Shown here: positions 1-9,460 of the stretch, piece after piece | Numbering within the stretch: the first letter of the stretch is position 1 | Layout of the letters: the number at the start of each line of letters is the position of its first letter | Origin: Elsinoe ampelina | Lineage: Eukaryota | Reading direction: 5' to 3' | Length of the DNA stretch: 64,000 nt | Assembly: GCA_010093995.1 (NCBI GenBank) | Contig: ML992503.1 | Span: forward strand, 1,169,234-1,233,233 | Notes under the pieces: generated by a model | The model's input: only the letters and a program-made list of their open reading frames with translations | Told to the model about the DNA's origin: nothing | Databases searched by the model: none | Program-made: the position numbers and the translations under genes

Positions 1-12
1 GCGCTCGCGCAG

Positions 13-837
13 AATGTGACTGGTTTCTTCATACTAGCCGGGCTGACCAATGTGCCTTTCGTCTATAACGTCAAAATCATCCGAGACGGCCGATCATACT
101 GCACCCGCATCGTGAATGTCACGCAAGCCGAGGGCAAAGGCATCTGCTTTACTTGCACGTGCTCGTTCAAGACCGACGAGGAATCGCCTCTCGATGTCCA
201 AGAAGATATCGACCTCTCAGAAAAGTACGCAGTCGTCCTTCGTGGCAAGAAGGAAGAGGACTGGCCCGAGGCACCAGGTATGGACGTCAAGTGGTATTGG
301 AACATGCTTCGCGAAGGGACCCCAAACGACAAGTTTCCAGGTCTGGACTCACGTAAGGTTGACATGACAGCCTACAATGAACATCGAGACCCCTTCTCGA
401 GACGACAACTACTCTTCTACCGAGTCATAGGCTCGCTCCCATCCTCTGCTGATCCAAATCTCCATGCTTGCGCCCATTTGTATGCTTCAGACCGCAACTC
501 ATTGTTCATCGTTGCCAACCACCTCGACGTGGGTCAGAATTTCACCCAGATGGCAAGTCTAAGCCACACCGTCGTCTTCCATACCCCGCATGAGGATTTC
601 GCCATGGAGCGGCCTGGTCAATCTGGGCAAGAAGAGCGCATCTGGTACTGCAAAGAAGACTGGACCTCTCGAGCTGCTGGTGGTCGGGGCATCCATCATA
701 GCCGCATGGTAGGACCTGGTGGCCGACATGTTGCTACTTCATGGCAAGAAGGTATAGTCCGAGTGGGAAAAGATCAGGATGAGCAGAGAGCTGCATACCT
801 CAAAGGGGCGTTTGGCAAGAACCCCACCAAGCTCTGA
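13..837 (+). CDS. Acyl-CoA thioesterase II (TesB/ACOT8/Tes1 family), 3' part; the 5' end lies outside the window
   Basis: Hot-dog-fold thioesterase motifs RDGRSYCTRIV, HACAHLYASDRNSL, MASLSHTVVFH and GGRGIHHSRM...HVATSWQEG. Probable acceptor CAG at 10-12. Ends in -TKL. Confidence 0.88.
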   Translation, partial: NVTGFFILAGLTNVPFVYNVKIIRDGRSYCTRIVNVTQAEGKGICFTCTCSFKTDEESPLDVQEDIDLSEKYAVVLRGKKEEDWPEAPGMDVKWYWNMLREGTPNDKFPGLDSRKVDMTAYNEHRDPFSRRQLLFYRVIGSLPSSADPNLHACAHLYASDRNSLFIVANHLDVGQNFTQMASLSHTVVFHTPHEDFAMERPGQSGQEERIWYCKEDWTSRAAGGRGIHHSRMVGPGGRHVATSWQEGIVRVGKDQDEQRAAYLKGAFGKNPTKL

Positions 838-1056
838 TATCACGATATCAGGACGGGTAGCGGGCGGGAACCACGTGGGTGCTATAATAAGTTCAGCACA
901 TTAGAGTCGCGGCGTACCCGGGAGAATCACACTGGAAGTCGACGATCACCTTTCTCAACATGAGGTTGGAGCGGCAGATGCTACACGAAGAGGTCCCGAC
1001 AATCCATGACCCCTTCTACCAGCGGCAACAACCAAAGCACGAGAGACACTTCGATC

Positions 1057-3381
1057 TCATCCGACCCAAGCATCCTTGATCTTGTCGAAGAGAACCGCAC
1101 AGCCATCATTGAGCATGCCCAGCTTCGTCCGGACAGGATTCCGACACAGGTTCATCGAAATCCGCTTGCCGAGCCCATCACAGCCACACACCTTGTCGTG
1201 GACGCGAGCATAGAGCTCTGCCCTAAGGCATCCGGCTGTGCAGCAATTCTCGGTCTTTACCCCGAGCTGCGCAGGCATCTTCGACTTGAGCCCTCGGTCA
1301 CTTGTGGTGACTGTGACCTTGTGATGAGGCTTGGTGAAGGCGTCCTGTTTGACGATGGGCGTGGGTCGAGTGCTGTCGATCCTTGATGAGTCGGGGATGG
1401 GCGTGATCTCGTCGTCGACTTCCTGCTTCGATCTGGTATTCGAAAGCAGCACGTCCCGGGACGTAGCTTGGCCGAGGCGAGCGTCTTGTGTAGCAGTCTG
1501 GGCGAGCTGGCGGTCTTCTGTGCCCATCTGGGTCAGAGCATTGCTTCCCGTCCTCGCTGGTCGGAGCTGGAGCTCATGGTCTCCTGCACTATTCTGCGCC
1601 ATCAGCGGGCTCGTCGCAGCCGCTGTCTCGGCCTCCCTGGCTGCGCCTTTGTCGCCTTTCGCACCCTTCATACACCAACCTCTCATCTTCCTCCAGATTG
1701 TCTTCATCCCACCGCAAATCATCTCCTCTTCCTGTTTCTTCACCTTCGCCTCATTCCCTCCACACCAACCCCTCGCCGTATCCCACGCATCCTTCATCAA
1801 CTTCCCCTCAATCTCATCCCCCTCCTCAAGAGTCCACACCTTCACCGTCTCCCTCTCCCGTCCCGCCAACCTCGGCACCGTACACCCACACTCAAACTTG
1901 GCATTATGCCCGACACACATCCTCAAACACCCCTCCATCGCCCACCTCCCGGCCCTCAACCGCCACCTCGCCGCCCGATTCGCATACACCTCCACCCCCT
2001 CGGTCACCGCCCCCCCGGTCCCAACACAGCTCACATACCCCACGGGCCTCACCAGCCCTTCCCCAGGGACACGAACCCCCTCCCCACCATCCGCCAAGAC
2101 AAACCTCTCCCCCTCCGTCCCTCTCTCCTCCCCGCCTCCCTCTCTCCAAGCCCACACCTCCCCTTCCTCCGGCGCCCCCACAAAGCTGTAATCCGCGCTC
2201 ACGCTGCCCCGGAGGTCAAACCTGAGCCTCTTGAGGAGGTACACGTCCCCCTCGCGCGCGGCCCCGGCGTCGCACCCGTCCAGGGGCACCTCGGGCTGTT
2301 TCGGCGCGCCGCTCGCCTTCTGCACGTGGATCACGGCCCAGTCTGTGGCTGTGACGTGGAGCGACGAGAGGGAGGAGCCCGAGGCGCGTTCTTCGGGTCG
2401 CCATGTCGCGCGGTTGACTTCTATTGGGGGACCGTTGGGGCCGGTGAGGTGGGGGCCGAAAGGGGCGGTGGCGCTGCGTGGTGAGGTGTCGGGTAGTTCG
2501 GCTGGGGGAGAGGAAGGTGCGGATGGGGAATGGGAGCTGTGGGAGACGCTGCGGATGGGGTGGGGGTTGTTCTGTCGAGACGAAGGGGCCGTGTAGGGTA
2601 GCGTGGGGACGGAGACTGTGCGGTGTGGGTTGCGGCGTGGGGGACCAGATCGGGAGGGAGAGGGGTGGACGGCTTCTTTGCCCTCTTGTTCGGGGGCCAA
2701 GTGGTGGTAGGCGAGGCCGGCGATGGTGGTGGAGGGGAAGCAGGGGACGGGGCCGGTGGAGGGGCCGCGGGCGTTGTCTGGGAAGATACGGGAGGAGGTG
2801 GCGAGGTAGGTGCCTGGTGGGGTGCCCTGGGAGTTGTTGGGCGTCGGGGAGGGGGAGTTGCGGGCTGGATGCCTGCGCGGGATGGTAGGGTGGGTAGTGG
2901 GCGGAGAGCTGTTGATGGAGCGGGGCGAGTCGTCCGGCGTGTAGGGTGGGGAGATGGGAGCGTTGCCGCCTGCTTGCATGTTGGCCTTTGGGGTGGCGGA
3001 CTGCTGGTGGCAGAGGCGGGACACTGGCTTGGGTCGGCTGCTGGCGTCGGTGATGTCCCTTGTGCCGGCCGAAGCGATAAGAGGTGCTCGCTGCATTGTG
3101 GTCAGAGATGTCAGGGGCACAGTCGGGTAGCTTGGTCGGGAGAAGTTGCGGACTGGTGGCTTGTGGTTGTAGAGGTGCAAAGGGGATTCGGATCGCCTGT
3201 GCTGGTTCTTCCACAGGTCGTGGGTGTAGTACTCGGCGATGGGGATGCAGCGACTCCTTGGGTGCGAGGGGTAAGGCGTGTAGGGCTGCCTTGGGAGTGG
3301 TTTGCGAGGGACCTGGTATCTCGGTGCTGGTAGTTTTGTGGATGGTCGGGGAAGCCTGGTTGACTGCTCAGGACTGGGCAT
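1057..3381 (-). CDS. Hypothetical protein: Pro/Ser-rich N-half with Cys-containing C-terminal segments; gene model uncertain
   Basis: 774-codon ATG-started ORF with no recognisable family. Much of the low complexity coincides with a C/G skew flip, so it may be a mis-joined or partly spurious model. Confidence 0.45.
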   Translation of the reverse strand: MPSPEQSTRLPRPSTKLPAPRYQVPRKPLPRQPYTPYPSHPRSRCIPIAEYYTHDLWKNQHRRSESPLHLYNHKPPVRNFSRPSYPTVPLTSLTTMQRAPLIASAGTRDITDASSRPKPVSRLCHQQSATPKANMQAGGNAPISPPYTPDDSPRSINSSPPTTHPTIPRRHPARNSPSPTPNNSQGTPPGTYLATSSRIFPDNARGPSTGPVPCFPSTTIAGLAYHHLAPEQEGKEAVHPSPSRSGPPRRNPHRTVSVPTLPYTAPSSRQNNPHPIRSVSHSSHSPSAPSSPPAELPDTSPRSATAPFGPHLTGPNGPPIEVNRATWRPEERASGSSLSSLHVTATDWAVIHVQKASGAPKQPEVPLDGCDAGAAREGDVYLLKRLRFDLRGSVSADYSFVGAPEEGEVWAWREGGGEERGTEGERFVLADGGEGVRVPGEGLVRPVGYVSCVGTGGAVTEGVEVYANRAARWRLRAGRWAMEGCLRMCVGHNAKFECGCTVPRLAGRERETVKVWTLEEGDEIEGKLMKDAWDTARGWCGGNEAKVKKQEEEMICGGMKTIWRKMRGWCMKGAKGDKGAAREAETAAATSPLMAQNSAGDHELQLRPARTGSNALTQMGTEDRQLAQTATQDARLGQATSRDVLLSNTRSKQEVDDEITPIPDSSRIDSTRPTPIVKQDAFTKPHHKVTVTTSDRGLKSKMPAQLGVKTENCCTAGCLRAELYARVHDKVCGCDGLGKRISMNLCRNPVRTKLGMLNDGCAVLFDKIKDAWVG

Positions 3382-4856
3382 GAGACGGTCGACAGTGGGC
3401 TTCTGGTAGTACTTCTCGGATGCTGGTGACCTATGTCACTTGTCTAAGGGGGTCAGTCGCCTGGTGACAGGAGCTGCTGGTAGTACTTACTGGTCGACAA
3501 TGCTAAGCTAGCTGGCTGGGACCGTGAGGAAGTCTACAGTAACAGGGCTCTGGTAGTACCTTGATATGGGAAGAAGTAGAAGAAAGAATCAGGGTTCGAG
3601 TGGGCTACTTCGAGGAATTCTGACCTCTTTGTGAGGCTTTGTATAAGCAAGTTCAACATTGCAACCTTATACTCCGTCTCACGAACCATTGCGCGTAGGA
3701 CTATCCTACCGCTGCAAAAGATTTGCAAAGAGCCCGCAGGTCCATCTTTCCTTGGTGCCTACCCAATAGCAATGAAGTCTCTGATCACTTATGGAATCTT
3801 ACCACATGAAGCTTTTGACCTGGAGCGACACAGTATGATCACAAGAGCAAGGTTTGAGCTCCACCTTTCGAGCTATCCTTATTGTAAGGCGCTTCGTAGT
3901 GGTCCCTAATACCCGCCGGTGAACATTCGGTCCCGTGTGAATGGTGGATAAGGAGGCATCGCTCGCATACGCTTCGAGCTTCAATTCGGGAGAGGCTAGA
4001 TTGACAACGAACCTTTGAGTAGTTCTCATCTTGACGTTTCTGTAAAGAGGCTTGAAGACATGCTTTGAATAGTTCACCGAATTCCTAGACTCCTATAGAG
4101 AGTGGACGACGCGGGCGTTAATGAATGAAGACACATGTCAATCTCGTGAGTACCACCAACGAAGTCACAAGTACGCTATCTTCCTGGATATTAATCGTTC
4201 GTACTCCGTGCAGCACGAATTGTGAAGCCTGTCGCAAGATAGACCACAAGGACAACTTTATGTAAATTCAGGCAGAGATTTTGGGCGAAGCCCAGAGAAA
4301 TCGTCAAGGGATGTCAGCACACACGTGATCTTCGCCGCCCCGAACACCACATTCTCATCTTCGAGCACCGGAATTTTGACAGTATTTTCATTGGGTTTGA
4401 AATAAATGATTCCACCATCTCCGGACTATTGCTGTCTGAGCCATATACCAAGACTCATCCTCACGGTGCCGCGACCTTTAGAATTGCTAAGCCTGGAGTT
4501 AAAACTCTCGTAGCAGAATCAGATCATATGTGAGCTGTTATGTGCGGCTGAGAGTTGATCCTCTGGTGGCTGGACAGCACCAAGTATCAGTGGTGAGCCG
4601 CTTGATGTCCAGAATTGGGCGCTGTGTCACCCACGTTTGCAGCCAAGATGGCTTAGACGCATTATGGCTGGTGCGACGACGAGCACTCGATGGCTTGTCG
4701 CAGGCCAGAGCGCCGATACACGCCCCCGTATAATGTACTGGTATGACGTGGACTGCCTCTCGATATCGACATGCCGTAAACCCCACACTGAAGCAGGGTC
4801 CCAACTGCGAGCATTGGTCCCTCACGAAGCCTTTCCCATACCCTTCAAACCCCCTC

Positions 4857-5823
4857 TCACACCCCCTTCCCCATCTCCACCCTCTTCATCAACACCAACC
4901 CCCCCACCGCGGCACCCCCCTTCACGGCCCCAGCCACAAACAACGCCCCTTCCAACCCCGCCCTCGACCGCATAACCCACCCCGCCACCACCGCCCCCAC
5001 GAGCACCAACACGACACTCGCCACCCTGCGATCCCTCTTCCGATTTCCCCTCTCCAACACCTTCTTATCCCCCATAATATCACAATACGTACTCGTCACC
5101 ACATTCACCGGCAACTCATTGAAGCCCAACAGCCGTGACGTGGCGATCTGTACCCCTGCCTGGAACGCCAGTAGAGGTAGTAGCGCGACTATCCTCACGT
5201 CCTCCAGTACCGCGGCCGCGGTAGCGTGCGTGGCCATGCCGGGTGGGTTATGAGGCACCACGTCCCCCGCGACTAGGCCGGCGGCGACGAGGATGAAGAG
5301 AGACTGCACGGCGAGGAGAGCGAAGAGGTAGAGGCGGTTCTCACCTACGCTCTTGGGGCCCGGGACGATCAGGGACGAGAGGCGGAAGGTGGCTAGGGCG
5401 CCGAGGAGGTAGGAGGTGATGGAGACGAGGGTGGTGAGCCATGCGTGTGGGTTGCCGGTTAGGCCGGCGGTGGAGAGGCCGAGGAGGACGGTGTTACCTG
5501 GGATTGTCAGAGGTTTGTATCGTGAGCGATATGCAGGTCGGTGGATGGGATAGGGAAGGGGATGGGTGGGGGGAAAGGGGGAGCGGAAGAAAGGGCGACG
5601 AACCAGTTTGCATCCCCGCGAACACGGCCCAGTTGCTGAAACTCGCGGCGTCGACTATGCCGGTGGCGAGGGAGTGGGCGAGGAGGATGATGTCGGCGTG
5701 CGAGGTATCGACAGGGCCGAGGAGGGAGGCGCGGGAGAAGAAAGGAGTACGGAGTGGTTGGGCGTGGGGCTTGCAAGGGGGGTTGTCGCCCGACTCGAGG
5801 TCGGGTGGTTCGCGTGAGGGCAT
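4857..5823 (-). CDS. DUF1275 (YoaK-like) membrane protein, 286 aa; intron 5498-5603
   Basis: Splicing GTTCGT...CTGAC...CAG joins TGIVDAASFSNWAVFAGMQTG to NTVLLGL. Also LLAFQAGVQIATSRLLGFNELPVNVVTSTYCD and RDRR motifs, with several hydrophobic helices. Confidence 0.88.
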
Positions 5824-6711
5824 GATGGATGTGCTTTGCTATACTAAGGCGGAGAGATCTGAAGTAGGGACAGAATAGATGATGTCCGAGCAAACGGAAA
5901 AAGCTTGTTGGCAGTAGGTATGTAAGAGCCTCTATTCACCTACCATGAGTCGACAACAGCGTCATTGGGAATGGAAAATTAAAATATCCAGATAACAGAG
6001 ATAACACCGGGTATATCTGTGCGCGATGAGACCATATCTCGCAATGGAAGAATTTTTGCGATTCTGGCACTGATGACGGCTTGCTCAAACCCGACGTTCA
6101 GCGCCACAGCCTTGCGATTTCGGCATCGACATTAGCAGATAGAGTTCATTACGTGGGCATGGCATGGAGATAGGCTACTGGAATTGGGTACAGCGAGCGC
6201 TCCGAACTGATATAGATACCGTTGTTTGCTTTTTTGAAGTGACATGATTGCGAGGCATGAGGTTCAATCAGAAATGACAAACTTTGTTAGGACGTCATCG
6301 TCGACCAATAGCGTGCCACCACTATCTGCTTTGGCAATCACGTCACGTGCATTTTCGCGGAAGCTCGAGCACAAAATACAGGAGCATGGGCAATGGTTGT
6401 TATGCATTCATATTCAATGTCATTGAGACAATTCGCCTACTAGACAAGTCCGAGTATCCTGCTGGCAGACCTTGCTTGTCTTGCGCAGCTGCTCGCACCA
6501 ATGGCAATCTCTATCATGTACGTGAGGCGGATTCCTTCCGCAGCTCGATCTGCTTGATCGGCATCCTGCAACTCTCTACTTGCAATGCGCCATGTCAATG
6601 CACCTGTTGCCCGTGATATATCGGCCGTAACCTCGCTGATGCCGCTGTGACGTTGAACAAATTGGATCAAAAAAAATGCAAGCGCTTGATGCGTGTCGTA
6701 AAAGTAGTGCC

Positions 6712-8613
6712 TCAATGCATCTGATGTGCTTGAGGACGATGGTAATGTTGCGATGGATCGGAGGTCATGAACCCAGTCCATTGATCGCCAGCCGCTGTGA
6801 CCCTTTGCGAGTTGTCAAACCATTGATTCTGACTGACGTAAGGCAAACGTCCTTGCTGACGTTCCTGCGGACGACCAAGAGGCTGATAATGCATCTGGTT
6901 GTTGCCGACATGCTCCGGTTGATGCATGGCTCGGGAAGGTGGCGGTACCAAAAGAGTGTGCACACCTCGTACCGGCTTGTACGGACTGTCTCTTTGCGAG
7001 AGGAAGAAGGAGGGTGATTGGTGCTGTACAGGCATGAGAGAAGTGTTGGTTGGCGAGACGTTGGTCGAAGACAGGTACGGACTATGGTTCCTAGAAGCAC
7101 GTGCCGATTGCAGAGCGGCCGCCATTGCGTTGGGCATGTGTCCAAGGCTGGTCGGCGGTTGCTGCCAAGCTGTTGGCGTGACAGAGGCATTCAGATGTTG
7201 GGTCAGAGGAGGCAGCCTGTTCAAGATGGATTGCTCTCGAGGTGCCTGTGAGCCGGGGCGGGACAAGTTGTCCATCGATGTATTCGACAAAGTTGGTGGA
7301 TATTGTTGGCTCTGCTGAAGCGGCTCAAAGTTCCTGATTGGAGTGTTGGAAGCCGGCTGTGAATAATTTTGGACCTGGTATGGAACGCTATACATGACCC
7401 TCTTCGAAGCTGGTGTGCTGTCAGACTCTTCTAGACTCCTCTTCCTCGACTTGTTTGATGTGATGGGGGCCAACGGAGATGGATTTGCCATCGCAGGTTG
7501 TGCATATTGCTGAAGAGGCGGAAGGTAATTCGTGGACGCTGCTGGAGTGTGTGCTCGAGGTGGGGATGCCTGGAACGATGTCGGTGGAGATGGTAGATTG
7601 GCTTGCCCGAACATGGATGACTGAGGAAGGGTTTGCGGGATCGAAAGGGGCTGAGGCTGCGAAGCACGCTCGATGAAACGAGCGAAGCGTCCGAGTTGAG
7701 ATTGCCATCTGGCCCACGTCTCCGAGGAGGTGAAGAGGTTGTACTTCATATTACTCAGAAACTCTACCTCCATGATGTGGACTTCGGCAACCGAGATACC
7801 GGAAACATCAGCCCAGGTCTTGTTCGTGTATGTGTTGTCATCAAGGAACTTGTTGCCTAGCATCAGAGCAACCGTGAGCAGACGATACTCGCTTCCTTCT
7901 TTGCCCTGAACAGAAGGGTTCTGTCTCTTCAGCCGGTAGATGAACAAGAGAGCAAGGAGGATTACATTTTGTGCAACCTGTGTCGTAGAAATGATGGTGG
8001 TGACCCATTTTCGGAAACCAGAGGAAGGCATGGTTTCCTTCTTCAAGGGTGGGAGCGGAAGGGCGGCGGATGAAGGATCTTCAGCAAAGTCCAGCACTGC
8101 CGAGCTTTCAAACCAGAACAGGCATGTTACCTGTGCAGCCAGTTCGGAGAGGCTGCCTTGGCTGTTGTTGACGGTCTTGGGAATTTGCAGAGAGGGAGCA
8201 ATCAAGCTGACCTGCGAAGCCTGCCGTTGGTGATGTGAAGAATTCGATGTGAAGGAGTGGTGGGAATGTGCTGGGCTCGATTGCCGGCTGATATGAGCTC
8301 TTGAGAACTGAGACATGGTGCGTTGCTCGGGCATGCTCTCTGTGACTGAATCGTGCGAGGAGGCATATGGATATCTGACGTCCGCATTATGTAGTCCATG
8401 CTCTTGATGCTTCTCCAGCGGTCGAAAGTTGTAGGCAACGGAGCCCATATCTTCGGGTGGTGTGATGGGCCGTCTCACCTGAGTGTTGAACCTGGCGAGT
8501 GGTGAGAGGGTAGAAGCCACGGGAGGTTCAAAGGCTAGGGCCTTGTGGGAGTGCAAGTGTGGTGCGGCAGAGGGCCAGTGACCTCTCGTCTGGAATGCTG
8601 TCTGTGAATACAT
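6712..8613 (-). CDS. CLG1: Pho85-family cyclin, Clg1/mug80-like, 633 aa
   Basis: Cyclin box FRKWVTTIISTTQVAQNVILLALLFIYRLK...SEYRLLTVALMLGNKFLDDNTYTNKTWADVSGI...MEVEFL, flanked by long S/P/Q-rich tails. Confidence 0.85.
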   Translation of the reverse strand: MYSQTAFQTRGHWPSAAPHLHSHKALAFEPPVASTLSPLARFNTQVRRPITPPEDMGSVAYNFRPLEKHQEHGLHNADVRYPYASSHDSVTESMPEQRTMSQFSRAHISRQSSPAHSHHSFTSNSSHHQRQASQVSLIAPSLQIPKTVNNSQGSLSELAAQVTCLFWFESSAVLDFAEDPSSAALPLPPLKKETMPSSGFRKWVTTIISTTQVAQNVILLALLFIYRLKRQNPSVQGKEGSEYRLLTVALMLGNKFLDDNTYTNKTWADVSGISVAEVHIMEVEFLSNMKYNLFTSSETWARWQSQLGRFARFIERASQPQPLSIPQTLPQSSMFGQANLPSPPTSFQASPPRAHTPAASTNYLPPLQQYAQPAMANPSPLAPITSNKSRKRSLEESDSTPASKRVMYSVPYQVQNYSQPASNTPIRNFEPLQQSQQYPPTLSNTSMDNLSRPGSQAPREQSILNRLPPLTQHLNASVTPTAWQQPPTSLGHMPNAMAAALQSARASRNHSPYLSSTNVSPTNTSLMPVQHQSPSFFLSQRDSPYKPVRGVHTLLVPPPSRAMHQPEHVGNNQMHYQPLGRPQERQQGRLPYVSQNQWFDNSQRVTAAGDQWTGFMTSDPSQHYHRPQAHQMH

Positions 8614-9446
8614 GAAGAAGCACGGCCAGCATGCGGAAGGTGTGAGCGATGTGAAATTGTGCTGTTGAGTGTGTTATGACGTTTGCTCGTGTGAAGTCGA
8701 CTTCGAAGCTCGTGAATGAGGGTGGATGTCTGCAGGCCGTGACTCGTTCCTTCCTGTAATCTTCATGGCATGTTTCGTTCAACCTGGCGTGACAGTGACG
8801 GCGTGGTCTGGATGTCGTCGGTGGAAGCAAGGGAGTCGAGGGGAGATTTGCTTGCTCAAGGTATGCAAAGATGTTGTAGGAAAGGTGGTGGAGGGGGGAT
8901 GAGAGCAGGTTTGAGATGAGAGAAAGGACAGAGATTTGACCTGACTAGTCGATAGATTGTCGGCAGAGGGGAACAATCAAAGAAGATGGTAAGAGAGAGT
9001 TCACATGTGGAGAAGGTAGACCTGGCTTGAGTGTGAGAGTATGAGGTGCGTGACGAAAGCCATCTGATGGCTTGGGAAGGAGCAGCGGATACGGAAGCCG
9101 CAGTCAGGACAACCGTATCATGCACCATCCACTCTCAGCAGAGTGAGCTCAAGGCTTGGACTTCGCCTGACGGGGTTCCGGTTTAAGGGTTAACGAGGTT
9201 CTGAAAAGACTAAGGGCCAGGTTTGCATCCACGCCGCTGGTGCCAGATGGTCGCACATGGTCCCAGCGATGATCACCGGCACGAGCGGCGGCGGCGGCGG
9301 TAAGAGGATGAGAGCATGAGTAGAGAAGGTCTGGGTTTGATTTCGGATGGCGCTGGGCGAAAAACGTTGTCGGCCGTCTCGTCTCGTCTCGCATGGCATG
9401 GCAGGCATGGCTCGTGTGTACCTTGACACGGTTACGCGCGGTGGGT

Positions 9447-9460
9447 GGGGGGGGGGGGGG
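9447..9460 (+). repeat. Poly-G tract (G14) upstream of the cyclin gene
   Basis: GGTGGGT followed by 14 G; G-quadruplex-capable. Confidence 0.9.

Noticed and set aside
1331..3333. Many long overlapping ORFs on both strands (also around 16999-17479, 30754-31886, 40102-40906, 57488-58706)
   Set aside because: They are P/H/L- or G/V/R-rich shadows caused by stop-codon scarcity in C/G-skewed DNA opposite or overlapping better-supported genes.
3534..4077. Two short minus-strand ORFs in somewhat TA-rich DNA, possibly a RIP-degraded element
   Set aside because: No transposase, RT or other recognisable motif, the ORFs are in different frames, and RIP cannot be quantified by eye.
4321..4640. CACGTG, an ATGATT...CTGA pair and short hairpin arms suggesting a snoRNA
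   Set aside because: The C box is non-consensus and I found no convincing rRNA-complementary guide; an Infernal/snoscan search would be needed.
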